A program made the position numbers and the translations under genes. Below, one piece after another: positions 45,101-60,100 of a stretch of DNA of 64,000 bases. The DNA is from Tubulanus polymorphus. Taxonomy: Eukaryota; Animalia; Nemertea. Every line of letters begins with the position of its first letter. Within the stretch, counting starts at the first letter, position 1. The notes below the pieces were generated by a model, which saw nothing but the letters and a program-made list of their open reading frames with translations, was not told where the DNA came from and did no database searches. Where the stretch lies: positions 1,984,001-2,048,000 of the forward strand of contig NC_134029.1 in the NCBI RefSeq assembly GCF_964204645.1, read 5' to 3'.

Positions 45101-48100
45101 GTGGATGCCGTCAGTGCCGCTGTAACAAATGTAAGCCCCAAATCTATGAAACTTCTGATTATTCAAACATCACTTTATATACGTCAGTATATTGGATGGT
45201 AAAGAACAATTAATTCAATTATGCTATCTATTTCTTAAATGATAGTTTGTCCGAGGCCACGATGTTGGAAACGATGTCCATTCGGAAGAACGTGGAAGCG
45301 TAACAAATTTGGTTGCTGGTACTGCGTTTGCCGCCGACCTGGTAAAGATTCTATCGAATTAATATTTTACAAATGATTTCCGTTCTAAACTCTTAGATCA
45401 TTCAGTTCATGTTAAATATTTTCGTTTTAGTTTGCAAACCACCAAAATGTCCTACAAGCTGTAAATATGGCGTTCGTCACACTAGAAACCGATATGGATG
45501 CAAAATCTGTGTTTGTCGATGTAAGTTCCTATCATGGTTAATTTGTTTCTGTTTGGAAAACTCAGTTATTTCACCGATTATCAGTTTTACTTTTTGATAT
45601 TTTGAAGACTGTAAAAAGGTGAAATGTCCAAGAAAATGTAGATATGGTTACATCGTTAAAGTGAATCAACGCGGGTGTCTTAAGACTTGTAGATGTCGCA
45701 GTGAGTATTGTTTTCGCGATTTCCGAATGTGGCAATATTTGCTATTCTGTGAATCATTGATGTTTATTTATGAATAATGTATCTAACAGAAAATCTGAAA
45801 TTCATTTTCTAGCATGTAAACCATCTCCGTGTCCACTGAAATGTCGATATGGCTATCGAACTATTGTCAAAGGTGGATGCCGTCTGGCTTGTTGGTGCAA
45901 ACGTAAGTGCCATTCAGTGATGGTGATGGAATGTCTATTGCGACTTCAGTGAAATATACATCAAAATTCAGTAAAATGTAAATTTTTCAAAAGTTAACAG
46001 ATTTTTGTCTTTTTTCTTAGATTGTCATCCAGCTAAATGTCCGCGCCGAAGATCGTGTAGACATGGACTCAAGAAAACTTACAGACGCGGCTGCCTTATC
46101 CGATGTCGATGTAAAAGTAAGCCTCGTTCAGTACATGTCGCTCTTTCCAAATGTAGTGACTTTGTCTTGATCTAATGAACGACAATTTTGATTTGTTACT
46201 TTTTATAGAATGTAAATCTGTTCGCTGTCCACGAAAATGTGACTTTGGTTACAAGAAGAAATGGCGCGGTAAATGTTTGGTCAGATGCAAGTGCAAACGT
46301 GAGTAAAGATCTATCTACATTCCTCAGGGTACAATTTATCAAACACATGAAAATCAAGAGTGATAGAATTGTTTTCCTTTTAGCATGCAGACCGGTTCGC
46401 TGTCCAAAGTATTGTCCTTTCGGAACCAAACAAGCTTTCAAGAAGAACTGTCGAATTCATTGTTCATGCAAACGTAAGATACTCCGTCTATTTCTCAGTT
46501 TCCTGGTTTAACCCGATACACAGAGTTTCGAAAATCTGAATTTTTCAATCTTCTGTAATTAGGATGCAATCCTGCTAAATGTCCTCATAATTGCCACTTC
46601 GGACGTAGGAGAAAGTTCAAACTGAAATGCCTGAAGAAATGTACATGCAAACGTGAGTATTAAGATTGTTAGATTTCGATTTCGATGTAACTATGTGAAT
46701 TTGACGGAACGGGAATAATGAAGAGGGGAATAATTACATTGAAATCACTTCTTTTTCATGTAGCATGCTCTGCCGTCAGAGCAAAGTGTCCAAAGAGATG
46801 CCCGCATGGACGCAGGAAGAAATACAAACACGGCTGCAGAGTTCACTGTCGTTGCAAGCGTACGTGCTTTCAACACATCACGATGTTCTTTCATAAAATT
46901 ACAAATTTATAATCGATGATTAAAATTTGATTTTTCAATGATCTCTTACAGGTTGTCATCCAGCTCACTGCCCAAAACACTGTCATTTCGGACGTGCCAA
47001 ACGATTCTATCACGGTTGCCTCAAGAGTTGCCGATGCAAACGTACGTCATAGATATTATGTCAGAATTTTTCCTCACTTTCTAAATTATTTTATGTCAGA
47101 ATCTTTTAGGGTTATTTTCTAAACTTTTTCTTCAGCATGTTCCGCTGTTCGTAAACGCTGTCCAGATCACTGTCCCTTTGGCAAAAAGAGGAAATTTGTC
47201 AATCGCTGTTTGATCAAGTGTAAATGCAAAAGTAAGAAACGCAAATATTCACCTTAGAAATTTTCTATAAAATACGATACTTGTTTCAGTCCTCCGATTG
47301 ATATTCAAATGAATTAAATTGATTACTTCTTTTTTCAACAGAATGTGAACCAAAACCATGTCCACGTCGATGTCCATTTGGTAAAATCAAGAAATACAAA
47401 CGCAAATGTCGAGTTAAATGCAGATGCAGACGTAAGTATATTCAAATCAATTAATTCAGTTCTTAAGACTTTGTCTTTTCTATATCATGTAGAAAAGTTG
47501 GTAAATCGAGCTTGCTTAATTATTCAATAGCGTGTCGTCATGTTCGAGCTCGTTGCGCCAGTTTCTGTCCATTCGGATACATCAAAAAGTACAAACATGG
47601 TTGTCTTCTTAAGTGTGACTGCAAACGTAAGTCTTTCCTAAAAATACACACAACTTTGATGATCAACGTTTTCATAGAATCAAAACCGCTTAGTTTGTAA
47701 GGTAAGTGCTTCTATCGTTTCTGAACTTCGATTATCAACTCTTTGTAGCTTGCAAAGCCGCCAAATGTCCAAAGATTTGTTTCTGGGGACGCAAGAAAAA
47801 GTACAAGCGCGGATGTAGAATCAGTTGTAAATGCAGAGGTAATGCAGAATTAGATTTATGACATATCATTAACGAAGGAATGTTCCTCTTTGTTTGATAA
47901 TCTGGTTTCTTTGTTCGTAGGCTGCAAAAATAAGAAATGTCCAAAATTCTGTCCATTTGGCACAATCCAGAAATGGGTTCATAAATGTCGCAGGAAATGT
48001 GAATGCAAACGTAAGTTTGAAAGTTCGAAATGCTTACAATCATTATGATCATAGCTGACTCGTGAAATTTACCACGATTTGTTTTTAGCATGTTCATACA

Positions 48101-51100
48101 TCAGAAAACGTTGCCCGAAGAACTGTAGATTCGGTGTCATTCGCAAGAGGAAATACAACTGTACAGTCAAGTGTAAATGTAAACGTAAGTATTAAATCCT
48201 TTCCGATTGTTATATATCAGCCCTTCATGATGAAGCCTCATAAATAAGCTGATTTACTTCATGCTGTGGTATTTACCGTTTTGCCTCTGAAAGGGTTTGT
48301 AGTTTTGTTAATCATACGTAACGAGGATATATATCTACATTCTATTTTCCCCGTAGCATGTAGTCCTGTCCCTTGTCCAAGGAACTGCTGGTGGGGTAAG
48401 ATCAAGAAATACAAATACAGATGTCTTGTTAGATGTAAATGCAAACGTAAGTTAATATGAATTCATGGGATGAGTAATTCTATTTCTAATTGGTGATTTT
48501 ATTCAAAAATTGCTCAATTTAAAACAAATCTCCAACTTACGTTACGCGTGTTATTTGACAGGATGCCCGAAAGCCAGATGTCCAAAGAAATGCTACTTTG
48601 GGTACAAAAAGACGATCAAACATGGCTGCAGAGTCGGTTGCAGATGCAAAGGTACGGAGCTTTTCTGAGAGGATTATCAATTCGGTGTACGATATACCAT
48701 TTACAAATATCTTCGATATAATGGTTTTCAGGTTGTAGAAAAGCCAAGTGTCCACTTCGCTGTCCATTCGGCGTTAAACGACGTTTCTATAAGAAATGCC
48801 TCTACAGATGTCACTGTATCCGTAAGTTTCACTCGACACATAAACATATCTTAAACTAGAGTTATAGATCGCATGCCTCATGGGCACCAGGGTTTGAATC
48901 ACCGTGATATTACTTTTTAAGATTGTAAACCTGCCAAATGTCCCAAGAATTGTCACTGGGGTAAGAAAAAGTCCTTCTACAAACGCTGTCTCACTCGTTG
49001 TCGATGTAAACGTAAGTTTCATATTCTGATATTGTCATGGGGATGATAGCAAAATGATCTGATTATAAAAAAATGATGATTTTTCTGGAATTCTCTTTCA
49101 CAGCATGTAAGCCAGCTCGCTGTCCGAAATTCTGTCCTCATGGAATGCGCAAGAGACGCAAGCATGGATGTCGTGTAAGCTGCAAATGCAAAGGTATTCT
49201 AATTCATATTTCGATAATGATTCCAGGATGCTATGTAATATATTAAAACCATCAATTGCTTTAATATTCTGATCTTTTATTGAAATATTCTTTTTGTAAA
49301 TGCTTTATCTTCTAAATTTCAGGATGTCGACCTGTCAGATGTCCAAGAAATTGTCCTCTCGGTAAAATCAGGAAGTTCTACTATAGATGCCTTAAAACCT
49401 GCAAATGCAAACGTAAGTGACTAAAGCTGAAACAAACTAACGGATTTAAATAAAACCTAAAAATATAGGGCGTAATTTTCGATAATTCTGAGATTAAGTA
49501 TTACAACATTAAGATAGTAGAGTGGGGATTAAACTGATTGATATCGATGTATCAAATTATTATAGTAATTACATTGTATAAAATTGTGATCTTTACAGCT
49601 TGTAAACGCTATCCATGTCCACGTAATTGCCCCCATGGCTTGAAGAAGAAATACTTCCATGGCTGCAGAATTCATTGTCGGTGCAAACGTAAGTTCATGT
49701 GGCTTTTCTCAAAATGCATCGCTTCGAGTAATAAGTCTGATTACTCCAAGCTTCGATATAGGTTGCAGGATCACGGCTAGATAACTTTGAAAATGCAAGT
49801 CAGAATGTCGTTTGTTATTTTCTAGGTTGCCAAATGGCCAAATGCCCAAGACATTGTCATTTCGGTAAAATACAGAAATACAAAGGAAGCTGTCGAATTC
49901 GCTGCAAATGTAGACGTAAATATGAATTTTCTTTATGCAAATTAATACAAATGATTTTGCAATTCCATGAAAATAATATAGTTTGTTTATGAAAATGGCC
50001 GATGGATGTTTCAAAATGAGGTGCATTTTTATTTCGGTCTAGCGTGTAAACCAGCTCGTTGTCCACGCCACTGTTATTGGGGACGTGTCAAGAAATTCAA
50101 ACACAAATGCCGAATCAGCTGTAAATGTAAACCATGTCGACGTGCTAAATGTCCACGCCGTTGTGCTTTCGGCAAGATTAAGAAATTCAAACATGGATGT
50201 CTCAGGCGTTGTAAATGTAGACGTATGTATTAAGAGAATAACTTCACAAGTATACAACTTCATAAGTATACAAGGGCCATACTTAGAAATGTTTTGAAAA
50301 TTGTAATCAATTGATTTTGTTTCCAGCATGTTCCCACGTGCGTAAAACTTGTCCAGGAAACTGCCGTCATGGCACAATAATAAAAAGGAAACATGGCTGT
50401 CAGATTTCATGCCGTTGTAGACGTGAGTTACCTACAAATCTCACGATTATGTGCGAAGTTTTTCATCATAATTTGTTAATCTGAACATATATATGTTTTT
50501 ATAGCTTGTCGCCCGGCTCCGTGTCCACGACGTCGTTGCTGGTGGGGAAAGGTTAAACGATACAACAAATATAATTGCCGCACAACTTGTAGATGTAAAC
50601 GTGAGTGCATATCAATCATCTTATGTATTTCCAAAAAAATTATTTGTGATCAAACCTGTGAAGTTTAATCTGTTAAGATTCTCGATAAGACGTATGTTAA
50701 TCCTTCTCTAGCGTGCAAACCAGTTTCATGCCCGCGTCGATGTTACTGGGGACGAGTCAAAAAGTACAAACATAAATGCCGCGTAAGTTGTAGATGTAAA
50801 ACATGCAGACCAGCTCGATGCCCGAAATTCTGTCCATTCGGAAAAATCAAACGCATTAAACATAAATGTCGTCGCAGTTGCCGATGTCGGCGTAAGTATA
50901 AATATTCCTAATCTACGGGATTACAACATCCCCAGAAAGTAATAATACTATCAAATGTTTTTTGCTTGCAGCATGCAGTCATGTTCGAAAATCATGTCCA
51001 CGCCACTGTAGGAACGGAGTCATTCGTAAACGCAGACATGGCTGTCAAGTTAGATGCCGCTGTCGACCATGTACCCCAGCTAGATGCCCACAGTTCTGCC

Positions 51101-54100
51101 CATGGGGACGTGTCAAGAAATATAAACAACGTTGTCGTATCAGTTGTAAATGCAAACGTAAGACAAGTGATCTACAATTGCTATACATTTCTACGATTTG
51201 TCAACGTACCATGTGAAAATTAATTGGTGAAATTTATAATTACAGCATGTAAACCCGCTCGCTGTCCAAGACGCTGTCGCTGGGGATACAAAAAACGACG
51301 AAGACACAGTTGCCGCACTAGCTGTTCCTGTAAACGTAAGTTTTCAAAAATTAATCAAAGTATAGACCGCCCTCTTGATCTGCGAATACCATTCACATAA
51401 TTCAATTATTTTCAGCATGTAGACCAGTTCGCTGCCCTCGTAGCTGCCACTGGGGACGGATCAAGAAATACAAATACAACTGCCGAGTCAAATGTCATTG
51501 CAAACGTATGTGCCTTTTCGATTTTTAAATGCACAGTAAGATTAAATTTCGAAAGATTATTTATTGGATGGATCTACTGAGAAATATCTGTTTAATTTCT
51601 GCAGCGTGTAAACCTGCACGATGTCCACGTCGCTGTTACTGGGGTAAGGTAAAGCGATTTAAACACCGATGTCGCATCAGTTGTAAATGCAAACGATGCA
51701 GCCCAGCACACTGTCCACGTCGATGCCACTGGGGCAAAATTAAGATTCGTAAACACGGATGCATTGTCAAGTGCAGATGCAAACGTAAATATCTTTTTCA
51801 TTTCAACCATTTAATAATTGAATGAAGTATCCATATTCCTAAGTCTCCTGCTCCGATTTATAGCATGCAGTCCAGCTCCATGTCCACGCCGCTGTTACTG
51901 GGGCAAGGCAAAGAAATACAGACATAGATGCCGAGTTCGGTGCAGATGCACGCCATGCAGACCGGCTAAATGTCCGAAACATTGTCACTGGGGTAAAATA
52001 AAGAAGTTCAGGCACGGATGCCTCAGGAGGTGCAGTTGTAAACGTAAGGGCTTCATCCAACTAATATATACGCGAATTTAAAACCACTAAAATGATGCAT
52101 GCCAGTAGCTCATTTTCTAATTCCCCCACGTTTAGCATGCAAACCAGTGAGATGTCCGCGAAATTGCGCCCATGGCTACGTCAAGAAATTCAAGCACAAA
52201 TGCCGTCGCAGTTGTCGGTGTAGAAAATGTCGACCACGTCGATGTCCAAGGAGATGCCAACATGGATACATTAAGAAATTCGACAAATATAATTGCGTCA
52301 GGAGATGCAGATGTAGACGTGAGTTCAACTTATTCTAGCTATACACGTTTATACACTTTACATGTGTGAAACCTGACGCATAACCATGATTAAATTGTAT
52401 TTACAGCTGCAAACTGTAGGGATTCAAAGAAGATTGGGCCAGGAAGAGCAAGTATCTCGCGTTGGTATTATAACCGTAGTTTGAAAGACTGTAAGAAGTT
52501 TTACTGGGGTGGAAAGAGACCTAATGGTAACAACTTTAGATCATTGAAAGCATGCCGCAAAGAGTGCGTCAGTAAGTCGGAAATATGAGCGTCTTTGAAA
52601 TGTCACCTTAAAATCATAAATGAGATACATAACAAAAGAGCAGTTTACCATATATATACATGCATGAGATGGATAAACATTTCAGTAAATTTTAGAGTAT
52701 TTGATATGATTTATTCTCTTCCTTCCTCAGAATGCAGACCTGTTCCATGTCCATCACGCTGCCGCTATGGGAAAATAAAGCGCTACAGAAGAGGTGGTTG
52801 TCGATACATTTGCCGATGCCGTGGCTGTAAAAAGGCCAGCTGTCCATCCAAACGTCACTGTGGTTACCGTGGCTTCATAAAGAAATACAACAAGCATGGA
52901 TGTCGCATCAGATGCAGATGCAAACGTATGTGAAGAAATATGACGAGAGTTTTGTAGTTTCCCCAAACGACATAGCTCTATGTTGGTTATTGGTGGATAA
53001 TTTTTGAAATGACCATAAATTGGAAAATATATTTTTTCAGCTTGCAGACCAGCTCACTGTCCGAAGCGTTGCAGATATGGCAGGATAAAGAAGTTCAAAC
53101 ACAAATGTCGAATTAGCTGTCGATGCAGACCATGTAGAATGGCCAAGTGTCCATCACGACGCCACTGTGGATACCGTGGATTCATCAAGAAAAACAACAA
53201 GCACGGATGCCGTAGAAGCTGTAGATGTAAACGTAAGTTGATCATGTGAAAATAATTCTTCAAAGATTTTTCTGTTATTACATGCCTATGTTTGATTTGA
53301 TTATATTGGAAATGTTACGTACTCTCATAGCATGTCGACCAGCTCGTTGTCCAAGATCCTGTAGATATGGTAAGATCAAGAAGTACAGGTACAAGTGTCG
53401 CTACAGCTGCAGATGTAGACCATGTAGAATGGCCAAGTGTCCATCCAAACGTCACTGTGGTTACCGAGGATTTATCAAGAAACACAACAAGCATGGATGT
53501 CGCAGAAGCTGTAGATGCAAACGTACGTTTATCATACATCACCCATAAAATATTATTAACTAAAATCTTCAAGAAAACCAGCTTTTTCTGATAATTCACA
53601 TATATCTTCTCTATTCTATAGCATGTAGACCAGCCCGTTGTCCACGTAAATGTCCTTTTGGTCGTATCAAGAAATACAGATATAAATGTCGTTACAGTTG
53701 CAGATGCAAACGTAAGATATTACGAGCTGCCTGATAGGATTTTGACTCCATAAGGTAATAACCAATGTCTCACAAAGTTCATATCTTTTATTTGCAGCAT
53801 GTAAACCCGCTCCTTGTCCCCGTCGTTGTTACTGGGGTAAGATAAAACGTTATAGACACAACTGTCGTCTGAAATGTAGATGCAAACCATGTAGACCAGC
53901 ACGTTGTCCACGTATATGCCACTGGGGCAAAACTAAGAAATTCAGACACGGATGTCTTAGACGATGCCGATGCAAACGTAAGCAGTTGCAAAATATACAT
54001 ATTCTACCATTTGCAACCTGTCTTTACTTCGGCCCATTTCTATATGATAAAGTTATCCTTTTATCTAGCATGCAGTCCAGCTTCCTGCCCTCAGAGGTGT

Positions 54101-57100
54101 CGATATGGCAAAATTAAGAAATACAAACACAACTGCCGCATTCACTGTAGATGTAGACGTAAGTTGAATATACTTCAGGATAACTTCTGATGAAACATAT
54201 TATATTATCGAAATTCATGAATATCCTCAGAACTTAAGGATATTTGCATAGTTATGATCAAATTGAATAAATCTATTATGTTCACCCAGCATGCGCACGA
54301 GCCAATTGCCCGAGCCACTGTCACTGGGGTAAGATGAAAAAGTACAACAAACATGGATGTCGTATCCGCTGTAGATGTAAGAAATGTCCACACAAGCCGT
54401 GTCCACGTAACTGTCACTGGGGAAAGATTCGAACCAGAAAGCACGGATGTCAAGTTGCTTGTAGATGTCGATGTATGTATGATGAAGTTTCCTACGAATG
54501 AACATATATATTTATACGATTTCGTACTAAAGTTTAATCTCTTAATTTAGCATGCAGACCTGCGAAATGTCCACGCCACTGCCACTGGGGTCGCATAATC
54601 AGAAAACGCCACGGCTGTCGCACAAGCTGTACCTGTAAACGTAAGTTACAAATGATTTAATCTATGTAATGAAAGTTAATGTTTCTTTTCGTTTCTTAAA
54701 TAAATGCAGTGACTTACATCGTCTCTGCTTTTATTATCGCTTTAATAGCTTGCAGACCAGCTCGATGTCCTAGGCATTGTAAATACGGTAAGATAAAAAA
54801 ACATAAACACAACTGTCGAGTCAGCTGCAAATGCAGAGGCTGCAAAATGGCAGTGTGTCCACCTAGAAGAAAATGTCACAGGGGTTACATCAAGAAACAC
54901 AACAGGCATGGTTGTCGCATTAGATGCAAGTGCAAGCGTGAGTGGATATCGAATTAGGCAATCTGATCAATAACTGAAAATTATGTTAATGTTCGCTTTC
55001 CGTGAAAAATTTCTTTTTCTTACATAGCATGTAGCCCAGCTCGATGTCCAAGTCATTGTTACTGGGGAAAGGTTAAACGATATAGACACCGATGTCGCAT
55101 CAGTTGTAAATGTAAACCATGCAGACCAGCCCGATGTCCACGTATATGCCACTGGGGCAAAACTAAGAAACGTAGACATGGATGTCTTAGAAGCTGCACA
55201 TGCAAACGTGAGATCTATTCTCCTACGTACAATCTAATATTATGAAATGTATCAATCATTTAATACTATATGTATCAATCGTGTGAATACATGTATTATG
55301 CTACTCATCTTACAGCCTGTCGACCTGCCCGTTGTCCAAGACATTGCAAATATGGCAAAATCAAGAGACACAGACATAGATGCCGTGTTAGCTGTAAATG
55401 TAGATCATGTACAATGGCGAGGTGTCCATCCAGACGTCGCTGTGGATACCGTGGATACATCAAGAAACACAACAAACACGGTTGTCGCACCAAATGCAGA
55501 TGTAAACGTATGTTATCAATGTCGATAAAATGCATCTAAAGGATTGCCTAAATATGATTTTGAATCGACAACCGTTGTTCTGTTTTTACAGCTTGTAGAC
55601 CAGCTCGTTGTCCACGTCGCTGCCACTGGGGTAAAGTGAAGAAATACAGATATGGCTGCAGATACAGTTGTAAATGCAAATGTATGTATTGTAATGGTAA
55701 AACAGTAGTTCCTGAAATAATTAACAGGTTTAAAATGATCTCAATTCTATTCAGCATGCAGTCCAGCTCCATGTCCACGTGGTTGTCACTGGGGACGAAG
55801 GAAGAAATATAGACATAAATGCCGCATTAGTTGCAGATGCATACCATGCAGGCCAGCCCGTTGTCCAAAATTCTGTCCGTTTGGAAAGATCAAAAAGCGC
55901 AAATATGGCTGTACCAGAAGCTGTATTTGCAAACGTAAAGTTGCATCAAGTTAATTATTTATTTCATAAAAGAATTTCAAACAGGATAGTCATTCCAAAT
56001 AGTTCAATTGACATTTCAGGATGTAAACCTGCACGCTGTCCCCGGCATTGTCACCATGGACTTAAGGAGAAGTTCAAATACCAATGTCGTGTAAGATGTG
56101 TTTGTAAAGGTAAAGATTTGTTTTATGAAAGTTTTATTAGCATGTATTTTTCTTACTTGAAAAAAATTACTTGCACGTATTATTATTTCTAGAATGTAAA
56201 CCTGCTCGTTGTCCAAGGAATTGTAGATATGGCAGGATTAAAAAGTACAGACACAAGTGTCGTATACGCTGCAGATGTAGACCATGTAGAATGGCCAAAT
56301 GTCCATCGAAACGTCAATGTGGTTACCGCGGATTCATCAAGAAAACGAATAAATATGGATGCCGCAGAAGCTGCAGATGCAAAGGTAAGTCATTTGATGC
56401 AACGTGCTAAACAATTCTGTTTTATAATTAATTAATCGATTATCCAATATTAATGTTCACAATTGATAATCAAATTTAATGAAATTAAATGATTTAAGCA
56501 TGCAGACCAGCACGTTGTCCTCGACGTTGTCACTGGGGACGCATCAAGAAATATCGATACAGATGTCGCTACAGCTGTAGGTGTAGACCATGTAGACCAA
56601 CTAAATGTCCACGTCGATGCCACTGGGGCAAGATTATCAGACGTAGATATGGATGTATCAGAAGCTGTACATGTAAGCCATGTAAACCAGCCCGTTGTCC
56701 ACGACGTTGTCATTGGGGACGTATCAAGAAGTTTAGATACAAATGCCGTGTCGGCTGTAAATGTAAACCATGTAAACCAGCTCGTTGTCCGAGACACTGT
56801 CCTTTTGGAAAGATTAAAAAACGCAGGCATGGATGTCTTAGAACATGCAGATGTAAACGTAGGTCCATTTCAATAAAATCCATTTCCCCTACTTCCAGTA
56901 TATTACCATTTCAGTATTTCGAAATCTTCATGAATTCTAAACATTTTTCTTCAGCATGTTCTCATGTGCGCAAATCATGTCCACGCCACTGTAGACATGG
57001 TGTCATTCGTAAACGTAGACATGGTTGTCAAGTTGGATGTAGATGCAGACCATGTAGAAGAGCCAAGTGTCCTAAAGTATGTCACTGGGGGCGTATCAAG

Positions 57101-60100
57101 AAATTCAAACGTAAATGTCGCATCAGCTGTAGATGTAAACCATGCAGACCATCTAGGTGTCCCCGTCGATGCCATTGGGGTAAAATTGTCAAACGAAGAC
57201 ACGGATGTATTAGAAGCTGTAAATGCAAGCCATGTAAACCGGCTCGATGTCCAGGAAGCTGCAAATATGGAAAGATCAAGAAATACAAATACAAATGTCG
57301 TATCAGCTGTAGATGCCGACGTAAGTATGAATACGACTTATGAGAATAAATTTATGATAATATTAATATTTCAGCTTCATTACCTCCATTGCTTAACCTT
57401 GTCAGTGCTGACTAACTAATACCCTAAAGTGCCAGAGATAATTTTTCAAAATTTCACCTCACTATAACGGGTAGCCTGTACGGCTGTAGCGCATCTACAC
57501 CGCAGCAGGGTGTATCTTAAGTTATCAATGTTTAACTGTGTTTGACAGATGCCATGTTTCATGTTTCATGTTTCATGAGGTAAAAACTAATGACTCATTA
57601 TATCAATACGATGCAATGTGGTGTACTAACAAAGTCCATCGCCGATTTAAATGCGGGGTTGAAGCACTAAGGGTTAATGGTTCTATTTTTATCCTTTAAA
57701 TAAACAGCCTGTAGTCCAGCTAGATGTCCACGACGTTGCCACTGGGGTAAAACGAAACGTTTCGACAAACATGGATGTCGCATCCGCTGCAAATGTAAAC
57801 CATGTAGACAAGCAAGGTGTCCACGCAAATGCAGATATGGTTTCAACAAAGTTCGCAGGCATGGCTGTCTTCGCCGATGCACATGCAAACGTAAGTATAA
57901 TGTAAATGTATGAATGTCTGATAATGAATATATCAATATATTACGATCTATGGTTAATAGGTCACCCGTGTAAGCAGCCTAAGAAGGTTGGGCCCGGTAG
58001 GGCTCGTATTCTTCGTTGGTACTACAACCGTAGTGCAAAAGACTGTAGGAAGTTCCACTGGGGTGGAGCGAAAGCAAATGGTAACAACTTCAGATCAAAG
58101 AGAGCATGTCGCCAGAGATGTGTCCGTGAGTACAACTGACAATGACAGTGAAATAAGACTTCTTTTGTCAACATCTAATTTTCAAATTTTGTTTCTAGCT
58201 TGCAAGAGAGCTCCTTGTCCAAGACACTGTAAGCATGGCAAGATTAAGAAATACAGCCGTGGATGTCGCATAAGATGTAGATGCAGAGTTTGCAGGCGTA
58301 TTAAATGTGGTGGATGCCATTGGGGATATATTCCAGTATTCAACAAATGGGGCTGTCAGATACGCTGCCGATGCAAACGTAAGGGAATGGATTTATCGAT
58401 TTCTCTTTGTTCATGATTTTATCTTGAATCCAATTAGATCATCAACTGCTAAAATACCATAAATCTAATTTCATTTCATGCAGCTTGTAAACCTGTCCGA
58501 TGTCCGAGGTTCTGTCCTTGGGGCAAGATAAAAAAACATAAACATGGCTGTCGCAGAGTCTGCAAATGTAAACCTTGTAAACCTGTTAGATGTCCACGTC
58601 GCTGTCGGTTTGGAAAGATCAAGAAATATAAACATAGATGTCGACGAGTCTGTAAATGCCGGCGTAAGTATTGCAGATCAATCGGGTAATATGCGAGGGA
58701 CATCTTTCCTATGTAAAAACTTCCATTGCTTATGGGATATGTCCTTTAAATTGTAGTACAAAATTAATAGTTTCAATAACCAACCATATTTATTCCAGCC
58801 TGTTCGGATATCCGTGTTCGTTGCCCAAAGTCATGTAGCTGGGGAGTTATTCGTAAACTTAGACATGGTTGTCAAGTGGGATGCCGATGCAAACGTACGT
58901 AGTTTTAGATCTAATATCCGAATAAAAGCAATTTATCCTAAATTGTTAAAATGTCCAAGACTTGCAAAGATATGAGCTATGACCTTAAAGCAAATAATAG
59001 TGCCACCGCTATTTTTGTAGAGTAAACTTTTGATTCGACTCCGCCCATCTCGATATACATTTTCATCGCAACCGCTCAGCACGGAAACTACTGTAAATTG
59101 CATTATCACAGCATCAGTGTTTTGTTTTATTTGATTTCAGCATGTAAACCAGCTCGTTGCCCAAGAGTATGCCATTGGGGTCGGATAAAGAAATTCAGAC
59201 GGCGGTGCCGAGTCAGATGCAAGTGTAAACCATGTAGACCAGCACGCTGTCCGAAATTCTGTCCATTTGGAAAGATCAAGGTGATCAGACATGGGTGTCT
59301 CAGAAAATGCAGATGTAAGCCATGTAAACCAGCACGTTGTCCGAGAAACTGTAAATATGGAAAAATTAAGAAATTCAGATACAAATGCCGCATCAGATGC
59401 CGATGTAGACGTAAGTAAACAATTTACTCATTTTCACTGTGGGTTGTATAATAAACGTGAATAGCAGAAAAAAAACTAGTATTTTCATTTCTTCCCAGCA
59501 TGCAAACGAGCTAGATGTCCACGTCATTGTCACTGGGGTAAAATCAAACGCTTTAACAAACATGGATGTCGTATCCGCTGTAAATGTAAACCATGCAGAC
59601 CAGCAAAATGTCCAAGCAGATGCAGATATGGTTTCATCAAAGTTCGAAAATACGGCTGTGTACGTCGATGCACATGTAAACGTGAGTATGATCATAGAAC
59701 AACCGCTAAGCTAACCGATAAGCAACCGCTGAAAGTCATTCAATGTGCCATGATTGGTAAATTTTCTAGATCGTAAAACTAGGGCAAATATTTTCAGGTC
59801 ATCCATGTAGCCAAGCTAAGAAAGTTGGACCGGGTAGAGCTCGCATTCCTCGTTGGTACTACAACCATAGTGTTAAAGACTGTAAGAAGTTCTACTGGGG
59901 TGGAATGAAAGCAAATGGTAACAACTTTAAATCTTTGAGAGCTTGTCGAAAGAGATGCGTCCGTGAGTATGAAAGCACGATTTTTGGTGGAATCATGGTT
60001 TTATGATCATTATGGTTTGCAACAAATGACATCGCATGAATACGGTTTATAATTCCAGCATGTAAACCAGCTCCTTGTCCAAGAAGCTGTAAATATGGCA

